Origin: an uncultured Desulfosarcina sp. | GTDB taxonomy: Bacteria > Desulfobacterota > Desulfobacteria > Desulfobacterales > Desulfosarcinaceae | Reading direction: 5' to 3' | Assembly (NCBI GenBank): GCA_963674945.2 | Contig: CAXXWQ010000004.1 | Coordinates: forward strand, 128,001 to 192,000 | DNA: 64,000 nucleotides | Shown here: positions 38,879 to 48,223 of the stretch, one piece after another | How positions within the stretch are numbered: position 1 is the first letter of the stretch | Layout: each line of letters opens with the position of its first letter | The notes under the pieces: generated by a model | The model's input: only the letters and a program-made list of their open reading frames with translations | Told to the model about the DNA's origin: nothing | Database searches by the model: none | Made by a program: the position numbers and the translations under genes

Positions 38879-39685
38879 CTAAGCGAAGCTCTTCACCAGT
38901 GATCCGACGATCAGATACCAACCGTCGGAAAGTACGAAAATCATCAATTTAAAGGGCAAGGAAACCATAATCGGTGGCAGCATCATCATGCCCATGGAAA
39001 GCAAGACACTGGCCACCACCATATCGATGATCAAAAAAGGAACATATAACATGAATCCGATCTGAAAGGCCGTCTTGAGTTCACTGATGATAAATGCCGG
39101 TATCAATACCGTTGTAGGGACTTCACCCACATTGGCGGGACGCTTCATTTTGGCAATGCCAACAAGAAGCGAAAGATCTTTCTCCCGCGTCTGGGAGATC
39201 ATGAACTTGCGAATGGGTTCGACGGCCTCGGTCAGGGCTTGATTTTGATCGATCTTCTTTTCAATCAGGGGCTGAAGGGCGTTATCATTAACCTGATGCC
39301 AGACCGGCGCCATCACGTAAAAAGTCAAGAACAGGGATAACCCGATAACCACTTGGTTTGGCGGCAGTTGGTTGGTTCCCATGGCCTGACGCAGCAGGGA
39401 AAATACGATTGCGATGCGGGTAAAGGAGGTCAGCATGATGAGGATCGAAGGCGCCAAAGAGAGCACGGTCATCAGCAGAAACAATTGCATGACCATCGCC
39501 ACTTTGCCCTGATTGTCCCCTTGATCGAGGCCGATGCTGACCAATGGTGCGGCACTTTGCGCCCATGCGGCGCCGGCAAACAAGACCGTGCCGACCACAA
39601 TGAGCAGAATCAGCAACAACCGGGCCTTGTCCTTGTCACCGTTGTGTATACGAGATGTCGGTAAAGGAGTGGTAGTGGCGCTCAC
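38879..39685 (-). CDS. fliP: Flagellar export protein
   Basis: LTSFTRI, PPNQV, AFIISELKTAFQIG, MGMMMLPP. Confidence 0.97.
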   Translation of the reverse strand: MSATTTPLPTSRIHNGDKDKARLLLILLIVVGTVLFAGAAWAQSAAPLVSIGLDQGDNQGKVAMVMQLFLLMTVLSLAPSILIMLTSFTRIAIVFSLLRQAMGTNQLPPNQVVIGLSLFLTFYVMAPVWHQVNDNALQPLIEKKIDQNQALTEAVEPIRKFMISQTREKDLSLLVGIAKMKRPANVGEVPTTVLIPAFIISELKTAFQIGFMLYVPFLIIDMVVASVLLSMGMMMLPPIMVSLPFKLMIFVLSDGWYLIVGSLVKSFA

Positions 39686-40059
39686 GATGGGTTCCTTCCC
39701 CGAAAACCACTGCCGATTTTCTTCAATCGGTCGGTCAACATCGGTCCGAAAGCGGAAGCTTCCTTGGATGACGGATCCGGATCGACACTTGACTCATCGA
39801 GGGTATCCAAAAGCGTGATGTTGTCTCCACAGACGCCGACAACCAGTACCCTGCCCGGCACATGCACCAGGGAGATATTCTTTTTTGCCCCCATGTAATG
39901 GCTCTCGATGACCCGGATCTGCCGACCGACACGGGATGTCAGTCGTTGGCGGGTCATTTTCTTGATACCATATAAGAGAAAAAACATGACGGCCAACACC
40001 GCCCCCAAAGAGGCGATCATTTTCAATCCAGCCGTCACCATGTCCGGCGTACCGTTCAT
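39682..40059 (-). CDS. fliO: Flagellar biosynthesis protein FliO
   Basis: TM followed by IRVIE...ISLV...LVVGV...ITLL; between fliN and fliP. Confidence 0.88.
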   Translation of the reverse strand: MNGTPDMVTAGLKMIASLGAVLAVMFFLLYGIKKMTRQRLTSRVGRQIRVIESHYMGAKKNISLVHVPGRVLVVGVCGDNITLLDTLDESSVDPDPSSKEASAFGPMLTDRLKKIGSGFRGRNPS

Positions 40060-40430
40060 CCCAGCTTCTCCAATCGTTCTACGGGACTGATCACTTCCGT
40101 TAATCGGATGCCGTACTTCTTGTTCACAACGACCACATCCCCTTTGGCGATCAGCCGGTTGTTTGCCAGAATTTCCAGAGTATCGCCAGCTTCCTTCGTC
40201 AATTCGATGACCGAGCCCTGGCCCAGCTTCAGTAAATCATTGATTAGCATTTTCGTTCGCCCCAACTCGATGGTGATCTCAAGCGGAATATCGAGCAGCA
40301 GATCCAGGTTGGTATTTCCCCCCTCACCACCGGCATCTTGGGTCTTCGATGGTTTCGTGCTGGATGGTGCACCTGCGGCTTTTTCATCGGCACCCGGTTC
40401 GATGGCAGATTGCGGATGATTGTCGGCCAT
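40056..40430 (-). CDS. fliN: C-ring switch protein
   Basis: LLDIPLEITIELGRT...GDVVVV...YGIRLTE. Confidence 0.96.
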   Translation of the reverse strand: MADNHPQSAIEPGADEKAAGAPSSTKPSKTQDAGGEGGNTNLDLLLDIPLEITIELGRTKMLINDLLKLGQGSVIELTKEAGDTLEILANNRLIAKGDVVVVNKKYGIRLTEVISPVERLEKLG

Positions 40431-40432
40431 GT

Positions 40433-41416
40433 TTACCTCTTTGTCTGTTCCGTATCCACCAATTCGGTGATTTGTACGGCTTTGTTCCCCTTGACGACAC
40501 CAGGCATCCCATAGAATTTGGGAACCTTCTCAATGTTCACCACGACATTGTTCTCGGGACCGGTATTCAAGCGAAGAATGTCATTTACTTCGAAATTCAG
40601 GATTTCCTGGACGGAGTAGACACTTTTTCCGAGTTCGGCAACGATCTTGACCTCGGTCCTTCCAAGCAGGTTCCGAATCTCATCTCCGAAGGAGCTGGCA
40701 CGATCCTTTTCACGAAGGTAATTGGAGCTGAGCTGATCCTTTATTGGTTCAAGCATCAGGTACGGCAAACATAGATGTATATTTCCTGAAAACGATTCGG
40801 TACTGATGGCGAAGACAACGATGATGAGCTGATCACTTGGGTTGACCAAGTAGACGAACTCTGGTTTCGTCTCAATTTTGCGCAATGAGAGGCGAACGCG
40901 ATAGGCGACGTCCCAGGCGGTCTCCATATCCGAAAGGAATGCATTGGCAATTTTCTGAAGCATCCTTTTCTCGATGGTGGTAAACTCCCGAATTTTCTCT
41001 ATTGGTTTTCCTTCTCCGCCGAACATACAGTCGATCAGGAGAAAAACCAAATCGGGTTCAAATGCCATGAGTGCCGATCCGATCAACGGTTCCATACCGA
41101 AAATGATGAACCCCGTCGGATTGGAGAACGCTTTAATAAACTCACCGAATTTGACCGTTTCCCTTGAGATGATTTTTACTGAAATCACGCGCTGGAAAAG
41201 GCTGGAAAGTGTCGTCTGAAAAAGGTTTATGAACTTATCATACACTTCATCCAGCGCATCAAACTGGCCACGCTGCATGATATTTTGGGCGGTGAGATCG
41301 TAGGGACGGACTTCGACTTCGACTTCCTGTTTTTCTTCTACGACATCGAGTTCGCCTTTGTCCATGGCAGACAACAGCGCATCGATTTCCTCCTGGGATA
41401 GGATCTGATCAGCCAT
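40433..41416 (-). CDS. fliM: C-ring switch protein
   Basis: ILSQEEIDALL CheY-binding peptide and LPYLMLEPI. Confidence 0.96.
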   Translation of the reverse strand: MADQILSQEEIDALLSAMDKGELDVVEEKQEVEVEVRPYDLTAQNIMQRGQFDALDEVYDKFINLFQTTLSSLFQRVISVKIISRETVKFGEFIKAFSNPTGFIIFGMEPLIGSALMAFEPDLVFLLIDCMFGGEGKPIEKIREFTTIEKRMLQKIANAFLSDMETAWDVAYRVRLSLRKIETKPEFVYLVNPSDQLIIVVFAISTESFSGNIHLCLPYLMLEPIKDQLSSNYLREKDRASSFGDEIRNLLGRTEVKIVAELGKSVYSVQEILNFEVNDILRLNTGPENNVVVNIEKVPKFYGMPGVVKGNKAVQITELVDTEQTKR

Positions 41417-41425
41417 GGTCGATTC

Positions 41426-41881
41426 CTATTGCACGACGAATTCAGTAAAGTAGATATTTTTGACGCTTCCGACGGTGATCAGTTCGTTGATCTTCTCCAT
41501 AATCTCGGTCCGAAGGGCAATCTTTCCTTCGGTCGTTCCTACATCCTCGTAGGTCTTTGTCGGCAGTACCGTCAATATGGCATCACGAACCTGTGGAAGC
41601 CGGCTTTCAATGGTTAACGTGACCTCCGGGTCGCTGAGTTCCAATGCCATGGTCACACGAAGATAGCGTTTCCCCCCATGATCGGCCAAGTTAACGATCA
41701 TCGTATCCAAAGAGTACAAAGGACCCATAGCGGCCTCTTCCTCTTCGGGCATGTTTTCAACCATCGCCGAATTTTGTGGCATCTGGGAAATCTTGTTCCA
41801 TAGAATAAAAAAGCCGGCCCCCATCATTGCCATGAAAAGAAAGATAACCGTAGAGATTATCGTAATAACGGTTTTCGACAT
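41426..41881 (-). CDS. fliL: Flagellar basal body-associated protein
   Basis: N-terminal TM, IVNLAD, VRDAI, IYFTEFVVQ. Confidence 0.95.
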   Translation of the reverse strand: MSKTVITIISTVIFLFMAMMGAGFFILWNKISQMPQNSAMVENMPEEEEAAMGPLYSLDTMIVNLADHGGKRYLRVTMALELSDPEVTLTIESRLPQVRDAILTVLPTKTYEDVGTTEGKIALRTEIMEKINELITVGSVKNIYFTEFVVQ

Positions 41882-41952
41882 ATATCGCCCTCCGTCGAAG
41901 GATAGGATCGAAATGGATGAATCGGAACAGCCAATTAACTTCGGATAAGATT

Positions 41953-41968
41953 AGCAGGTTGTGTGCCA
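41953..41968 (-). promoter_or_regulatory. Sigma54 promoter of the fliL operon
   Basis: TGGCAC-ACAAC-CTGCT; GTCAA-N4-TTGAC palindrome at 42144-42157. Confidence 0.78.
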
Positions 41969-42181
41969 ATTGCGATCAGCAGGCCAAAACAAATAGGCGA
42001 TCGTCGATAAAGCCGCCGCCGAATCGCCAAACCACGCACAATTTCGATGGTTCATACCGAAAAAGCTGTTTCGGCAACGGTTTTCAACTGCGAAGGGTAG
42101 CGGTCAGGAAGATGAAATGAAGTGTCAATTATCGATATGAGGAGTCAAGCCGTTGACACGAATATATTTTTTAAGAGGAAT

Positions 42182-42231
42182 GCCGGCCATGGCCACCCGG
42201 TATACGGTAAGTACGGGTGCCTGTGGCCGGC
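42182..42231 (-). terminator. GC-rich stem-loop downstream of flgE
   Basis: GCCGGCCA...CACCCG / CGGGTG...TGGCCGGC imperfect inverted repeat about 110 nt after the flgE stop. Confidence 0.5.
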
Positions 42232-42339
42232 GTAGGGAATACTGAGGGAGTTTTTCGTTCCATTTCCCCGACGTATAGGGAACTTCTCAATCAAAACAAT
42301 GTAAGAGTTTTTTAAGGGTGACCGATCATGCCGTCATGC

Positions 42340-43662
42340 CTACCGCTTGATGTTGATCAGTTCGTTTAAAAGCTCATCGCTGGTGGTGATGACCTTCGAG
42401 TTGGCCTGATACGCCCGCTGGGTGGTAATCATCTCGACGAACTCCGTTGCCAGGTCCACGTTGGAAAGTTCCAGGGAACTGGGTGCAATGGATCCCAGGC
42501 CGCCCGAATTGGCAACGCCAATCAAGGCATCCCCCGAGTTCATGGATTGGGCGTACAAATTGCTTCCCATCTTGGTAAGACCGGAATAGCTGGGAAAATC
42601 GGCAAGGGCCAGCTGTGCGAAGGGAATAATGGCACCATTGGAATAAATACCGGAAAAAACTCCCTCCTCATCAACGGCCACACTCTGAAGCACTCCGGAA
42701 GGAAGGCCGTTCTGGCTCTGGGCCGTCTTTGCCGACTCGGAGCTGTATCCGGTCACGGTGCCGTCCGAGTCAAAAGTCGAGGGCGTGGCTGTCGGATCAC
42801 CATCACCAAGAACCCAGTCAATCTCCAAATCATCGGCGCCTTCCAGGTTTCCAATAGTGATATGCGGATTGCCTCCTGCGCTCATATAAGTCCCCGTTGC
42901 CGGTGTAGCCGTCGGGTCAGGAGGCGTATACGTAGTGCCCGACCAGCTACCCTCACCAAAATAGGAGGTGCTTACATTTAAACTCCCGTCGGTGTCGAAT
43001 TCAAGATATCCACCTGTATTGCAGGTAGCCGTACTTGGATCCGTTTCGACGTACCAATCCCAACCAGTCGCATTCCGCGTAAACACCACATCCACAACGA
43101 CTTCAGAACCCAACGAATTGTAGGTTGTGATGGAACTGGTGAAGGTGTCGTCAACTTCGGCATCACTGTTCAAATTGAGGCCAAAGGTGATCTCATCGGT
43201 CGCCTGCGGATCGTTGGTGTCCAAAGGCAAAGTGATGTTCCCCACACGGCCGACCGTCCCGTCTTCCGTATCGATTTCGTATCCCTGCACGACGAAGCCA
43301 TCGGAGTTGACCAGATTTCCATCCTTGTTCCATTCGAATTGGCCGGCGCGGGAGTAATAGGTCAAACCCTTGGAAGAGTCGTTCACAATGAAGAGGCCGG
43401 TACCATTGATGGCGAAATCCGTGGCGCTGTTGGTATTTTCCAATGAACCGGATTCCCATTGGGCCTGAACCGACTGAAGTGATGCCCCACGGCCCGTCTG
43501 AGGGCTATGGGTGGACAGCGAAGCGCTGAAAATGTTTGCAAAGGACACCCTGGAGGCCTTGAAACCGGTGGTGTCGACGTTGGCAATGTTATCACCGATT
43601 ACTTCCATGGCACTGGTATTGGCCTTCAACCCAGAGATTCCTGAATACATTGAACCGATCAT
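42340..43662 (-). CDS. flgE: Flagellar hook protein
   Basis: IGDNIANVDTTGFK and LELSNVDLATEFVEMITTQRAYQANSK. Confidence 0.96.
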   Translation of the reverse strand: MIGSMYSGISGLKANTSAMEVIGDNIANVDTTGFKASRVSFANIFSASLSTHSPQTGRGASLQSVQAQWESGSLENTNSATDFAINGTGLFIVNDSSKGLTYYSRAGQFEWNKDGNLVNSDGFVVQGYEIDTEDGTVGRVGNITLPLDTNDPQATDEITFGLNLNSDAEVDDTFTSSITTYNSLGSEVVVDVVFTRNATGWDWYVETDPSTATCNTGGYLEFDTDGSLNVSTSYFGEGSWSGTTYTPPDPTATPATGTYMSAGGNPHITIGNLEGADDLEIDWVLGDGDPTATPSTFDSDGTVTGYSSESAKTAQSQNGLPSGVLQSVAVDEEGVFSGIYSNGAIIPFAQLALADFPSYSGLTKMGSNLYAQSMNSGDALIGVANSGGLGSIAPSSLELSNVDLATEFVEMITTQRAYQANSKVITTSDELLNELINIKR

Positions 43663-43697
43663 GGTTTTTCTCCTTTCCTGACAAAAATAAAAATAAA

Positions 43698-44384
43698 TTA
43701 TATCTCTTCTTCGGAGGATGTTTCGACGATGCGAATCACCGAAGAAATGGAAACTTCCCGTCCGTTGACGAGTAAACTGGTTTCGCCGCTTTCATAGTCG
43801 ATGCCGCTGACGATACCGGTTGTATAGCTGGTGGATCCGACGGTCTCACCATCGGCACCGGTTGCCATGACGCTAAAGGTATAGACCCCGTCATCCACGG
43901 CCGTGCCATACTCATCCTCTCCGTCCCACGTCACTTGCTGCTCCCCAGCCGCCTGAAAACCCGCATCGATATCGGTGATGAAATTTCCGGCGCTGTCATA
44001 TATCTGGATGTACACGGAATCCGCGTCACCTTCCAAATCGTATCGAATCGTATCCGCAACCCCTTCGTTGACACCGAATGTATCGCCGGTAGCCGTGATG
44101 GTTTTTCCGATGAAACCGGCCGCCTGGATATTGTTTGAGACGGATTGATAGACTTCGAAATCTTCCAGGGTGCTTCCGATGTTCTGGAGCTGTTCCAAAG
44201 AGCTGAACTGTGCCAACTGAGCCGTAAACTCCGTACCATCTGCAGGATTCAGCGGGTCTTGATTCTGCAATTGTGCCACCATCAGGGTCAAAAAGGCGTC
44301 TTTGCCCAGGGTATTGTTGTCCGCGGCGGATTTTGTTGTACTGCTGGCGTCACTGGCGGTTTGCGATATACCGGCGATCGTCAT
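43698..44384 (-). CDS. flgD: Hook capping protein
   Basis: FLTLMVAQLQNQDPLNP...AQLAQFSSLEQL. Confidence 0.97.
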   Translation of the reverse strand: MTIAGISQTASDASSTTKSAADNNTLGKDAFLTLMVAQLQNQDPLNPADGTEFTAQLAQFSSLEQLQNIGSTLEDFEVYQSVSNNIQAAGFIGKTITATGDTFGVNEGVADTIRYDLEGDADSVYIQIYDSAGNFITDIDAGFQAAGEQQVTWDGEDEYGTAVDDGVYTFSVMATGADGETVGSTSYTTGIVSGIDYESGETSLLVNGREVSISSVIRIVETSSEEEI

Positions 44385-44473
44385 GATTTTCTCCTATCAG
44401 TCATCGATTGATTCTTTATCAATCCTTATTATTGGGCTTTGCCATTGCTCCTGCCGTTGCTTTTGCCAGTGGA

Positions 44474-47400
44474 TCAGGCAAAATGACTAATCCCGTTCCG
44501 ACGATGCGGATTGCGTTTTGGATGTTCGTCGCGGGCATGTTTTCCCCGCCCCCGACCTTCCGAATCTGTCTGCTGTCCATCACCTGCCTGCCGTCCGTTA
44601 TGAGATGTGGTATTTCTTTGCATCTGGGAAGATTGCTCATGACCCGAATGATGATCGGCCTCCGAATGGACCGTCACTTCGAATTTATCGATGGTCAGAC
44701 CCTGATTGTGGAGTTCGGCTTTCAGTTGATGAAGATGGCTGTCGATTGTCTCCTTGACGGCTGCGGAATCCGTCACGATCCGAACCATGATTTGGTCCTT
44801 TTCGGTCGCGATGTTCATGCGAACATTTCCGAGAAACTCGGGTTTCAATTGAATCTGCACTTCTGATCGTCCCTTGAGAGAACGCACGACCGTATGCCGA
44901 ACGACCTGGTCCATCACCGAACTCTGATAGGCACTGCCGGGCATGAATGGCCTTGGATTCGAAGCTGCCGCATGCCCTGTGGATGTCCCACCCGTATTTG
45001 CAGTTGTCGGTGCCGGCTTTGCGACCTCATCATGGGCGGTATGCAGCCGTGCTGGATCCGGTCCATTGCTTTTCATGTTATCTGAAAGATGTTCGGCTTG
45101 CCGCTGGTTTTCTTCCCGCACGACAATTTCCTCTTGCGGAGGAGCCGGTGTCGTGCCTTTCATCTTATCGGCAAAATCTCCCTTTGGGGACCCGACCGGA
45201 TTTTCTGAAAATTCAGTATTTCTTATGATCTTAGTCGCTTGTACTACAACCGGTTCTCGAAACCCTTTTTCGTTTGCGCCGGTCTCTTCAACCGGCTGAT
45301 CCCCTGCAATATCTATCCGCTCCTTCTCGAACCTGGTTTTTGTAGCGAAGGCGGATACCGTTTCTGTGGCTGCTTGAAACGATTGTCCGCCATCGAATCG
45401 CCGCAGAATCGCAGACGGGTCGGCCGCAGGCCTGCTCGACTGCAATGCCGCAGCTTCCTGGTTTGGGGACGATGGTGTCTGCCCGGTCTCCGTCTTTCCA
45501 TTCTTCGATTCAATGGGCTGAAAAGAAAATGAGTCTACCGTTTTCATCCCTCTTTGTGGTGCTTTTTCAGTCAGATTGGACGTAGATGTGGTATCGCCAG
45601 CCAAATTCGGATCTGTCTTTCCGTCCCTGGAATCGATATGGTTTGGCGCCAAGCGAAAAGATCTCGTTTTACCATCCAATTGATGTTCTCTGCCATCGTT
45701 TTTCGTTTGTGCCTTGGTATCTTCTGAATCGTCCAGCAGGACTGCCCGGGACGATGCTTTCATTTTCTCATGTTCTTCGCCTTGGATGGCGCTTTCCGTA
45801 TTTTTCGCTTCTTCGGTGATCTCTGGCTTTTCCCCTTTGCCCATCGGCAGAACCGTATCCAAACCGTCATCGGAAGCGGAAACTTGGTTCAGAGTCGATC
45901 TTGCAGTGTCCTCTGCCGCTTTTGTTCTCCACGAAGAAGAGAAAGGCACAGTACTCTCAGTGTTCTCGACGACCTTTGCCTCAACTGCTTTCAAATCGGA
46001 TTCACCTTTTGAAGTTACTGGTGAAACGGCAGATCCTGAACGAAAACCACCTTGGGATAGAGTAGATCCGATTGTACGGAAAGCGCCAGGCGCGACGGCG
46101 GTTCGATTCTCGACACCCGAGGAACCCTTGGAAACCATGGTTTTCGAAGTGTCCTCGGCAACCGGATCCGTCACCTCTATAAACTGCGAAGCCACTGGCG
46201 GTCGAAGTGACTGACTCTCCCCCCCCCCACGATACTCGTTCCCCTGGACTGTTTCCGCGACCAGATTTTTGGATAACCTTTCGGGAACCTGATTCTTGGC
46301 CCCGGTAGATGACGAATCCGTTGCCAATTGTTGTGTGGATCGATTCTCACCACCGGCATTGTTATCGTGACCCGTTGCCGTCTTTGAAATCAAATTTTTC
46401 AACGGACTTTCGGGGACCACGCCGGCGGCCTTATTGGGAATTCCTGTCTTTTGATCCGGACTCTTTGAAATGCTGCCATCTTTAAGCGACGGGAATTCGG
46501 TATCCAACCCGTTTTCCAAGACAGCCGAAGCTGAATTGGTCCGCTCCCCCAATATCTCCTGTTGCATTGCGGTTCTTTTTTCAAGGGACGGTGAATCATC
46601 AAGGGATGCATTTCGGGCCGCACCGGATTCTTTCCCGGTCGACGTGATTTTGGACTGGCTTTCCAAAACAACGTCTCTTTTCATGTCTTCGGAATTGGAA
46701 ATGAAGCTCGAGTTCTTCGCATCACCGAAAGCCATCCCCCTTGTAGAAAAATTCTGGATTTTCTGCGTCTCTGCCACGATCGGAGATTCTGTGTCAGCAG
46801 GCGTGATCGGTTTCGTTGTCTCTTCAATGGGTGATTGACTGCCGAACGCGGGAACCGCAACCAACCGGGGCTTATTTCCCGGGGTATCATCGAATGGAGT
46901 CGAATCGGACAGAACGGATCCGCCGTTTTTCTCATCTTCCAGCGGCGCGCCGGTGACCGGTTCAGAATACGGTTTTTCATCTGTCGTGTGCGCGTCGGTA
47001 TCTGGACCGTTGGCCGATGGTACTGGCATCTCGGTCGATATGTCCCGTATCGCGCTTTCGATCCCATCTGGGAGCGTCGTATCGACGACTGCATCCGCTT
47101 TCAGCTTCTCAATGCTCTCCCATCGTGGCTTTTTTGAGGAACATGAATCATTTTGTTGCGATTCAAATTGCTGTGTAATGGATGCCTCTTTACCCGTTTG
47201 GGCAGGAACGAATAGAGTCGTAATTTCGTCAGGCGTTTCGGATGGCGGATCCAGTTGCTCTGAAACCATCCGTTTCAATTGATTGAATGTTGGCAAATCC
47301 GGTCCAAATTCATTACCGCGAAAATCTGGATCACTATGGGCAGCCGATCTTCCCGTAACGTCGTATCCCATCAGCTTCCGAATCGAGTCGTGAAATTCAC

Positions 47401-47539
47401 TCGATTTTCCGTCCCTTGGGAAAGAATCGAAATCTTTCTTTTGGCGCCAGGGCAGGCGGTTGTTTTTCCCCGACGCTTTGCCATCTGCAATTGTATCGGG
47501 ATTGGCAAGATTTTGAAGAAATCCTTGTAATGGTATCAT
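44474..47539 (-). CDS. fliK: Hook-length control protein (unusually long, 1021 aa)
   Basis: Long low-complexity S/T/E/P/K-rich N-terminus and a C-terminal Flg_hook domain (QIQLKPEFLGNV...LKAELHNQGL); between fliJ and flgD. Confidence 0.88.
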   Translation of the reverse strand: MIPLQGFLQNLANPDTIADGKASGKNNRLPWRQKKDFDSFPRDGKSSEFHDSIRKLMGYDVTGRSAAHSDPDFRGNEFGPDLPTFNQLKRMVSEQLDPPSETPDEITTLFVPAQTGKEASITQQFESQQNDSCSSKKPRWESIEKLKADAVVDTTLPDGIESAIRDISTEMPVPSANGPDTDAHTTDEKPYSEPVTGAPLEDEKNGGSVLSDSTPFDDTPGNKPRLVAVPAFGSQSPIEETTKPITPADTESPIVAETQKIQNFSTRGMAFGDAKNSSFISNSEDMKRDVVLESQSKITSTGKESGAARNASLDDSPSLEKRTAMQQEILGERTNSASAVLENGLDTEFPSLKDGSISKSPDQKTGIPNKAAGVVPESPLKNLISKTATGHDNNAGGENRSTQQLATDSSSTGAKNQVPERLSKNLVAETVQGNEYRGGGESQSLRPPVASQFIEVTDPVAEDTSKTMVSKGSSGVENRTAVAPGAFRTIGSTLSQGGFRSGSAVSPVTSKGESDLKAVEAKVVENTESTVPFSSSWRTKAAEDTARSTLNQVSASDDGLDTVLPMGKGEKPEITEEAKNTESAIQGEEHEKMKASSRAVLLDDSEDTKAQTKNDGREHQLDGKTRSFRLAPNHIDSRDGKTDPNLAGDTTSTSNLTEKAPQRGMKTVDSFSFQPIESKNGKTETGQTPSSPNQEAAALQSSRPAADPSAILRRFDGGQSFQAATETVSAFATKTRFEKERIDIAGDQPVEETGANEKGFREPVVVQATKIIRNTEFSENPVGSPKGDFADKMKGTTPAPPQEEIVVREENQRQAEHLSDNMKSNGPDPARLHTAHDEVAKPAPTTANTGGTSTGHAAASNPRPFMPGSAYQSSVMDQVVRHTVVRSLKGRSEVQIQLKPEFLGNVRMNIATEKDQIMVRIVTDSAAVKETIDSHLHQLKAELHNQGLTIDKFEVTVHSEADHHSGHEQSSQMQRNTTSHNGRQAGDGQQTDSEGRGRGKHARDEHPKRNPHRRNGISHFA

Positions 47540-47551
47540 CTGCCGATCCTG

Positions 47552-47995
47552 CTATTCGATAGTTTTTCTGACAAACTGGTTGATGGCAATTTCATCGATG
47601 AATTTCGTTTCCTGCGCCAGCATCGATTTCCGGTAGCGTTCGAGCCCCTGCTCTTTCAATTTCTCCAAAATTTTCCGTTTTTTTACGGCTTCTATCATTT
47701 CTTTTTGTACCGTTGATACCTGTGCCTCTATCTTTTCGGCCTCTCTTGCCTGTTCGACGATTCGTTCGGAGAGGACTTTCAAGTATTGGTGATAGGCGAC
47801 CACCTGTGCACTGGAAAGTCCGTTTGCCTGCTCCTCGGCCAGCGTCTGGTTTGTTATCATCTCTTTTCGTTTCATCGCATCTAACCGCTCCAGGGCTGAA
47901 AGTAGTTTCGTCTTAATTTCGGCAAGTCGCTTTTTCAGATCGTCTTCGAGAAATTTTCGATGATCCAGGACCGGCTGTAGTTTAAACTGATACAT
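47552..47995 (-). CDS. fliJ: Flagellar export protein FliJ
   Basis: MYQFKLQPVL...LEKLKE...IDEIA. Confidence 0.92.
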   Translation of the reverse strand: MYQFKLQPVLDHRKFLEDDLKKRLAEIKTKLLSALERLDAMKRKEMITNQTLAEEQANGLSSAQVVAYHQYLKVLSERIVEQAREAEKIEAQVSTVQKEMIEAVKKRKILEKLKEQGLERYRKSMLAQETKFIDEIAINQFVRKTIE

Positions 47996-48062
47996 GGTAC
48001 GATCACTTCCTGCTATTTACCATCGTGAAATCCAACCGGTGTCTCATCGTGACTTTTCTATA

Positions 48063-48078
48063 AACAAATTACATGCCA
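48063..48078 (-). promoter_or_regulatory. Putative sigma54 promoter of fliJ-fliK-flgD-flgE
   Basis: TGGCAT-GTAAT-TTGTT in the 228-bp fliI-fliJ gap (the -12 box has GT instead of GC). Confidence 0.6.
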
Positions 48079-48223
48079 CAATTTTAAAATCATTGTTTTG
48101 CCTGATCTACCCTGCTTTTCGATCGATTCTGGCGGGTCTTGCCGCTCCATACGGCCCGCATTGTGGGCAATTATTTCCGGCGATGGATGATTTTTCCTCT
48201 CTTCTATGGCTACGGTGCGACAC

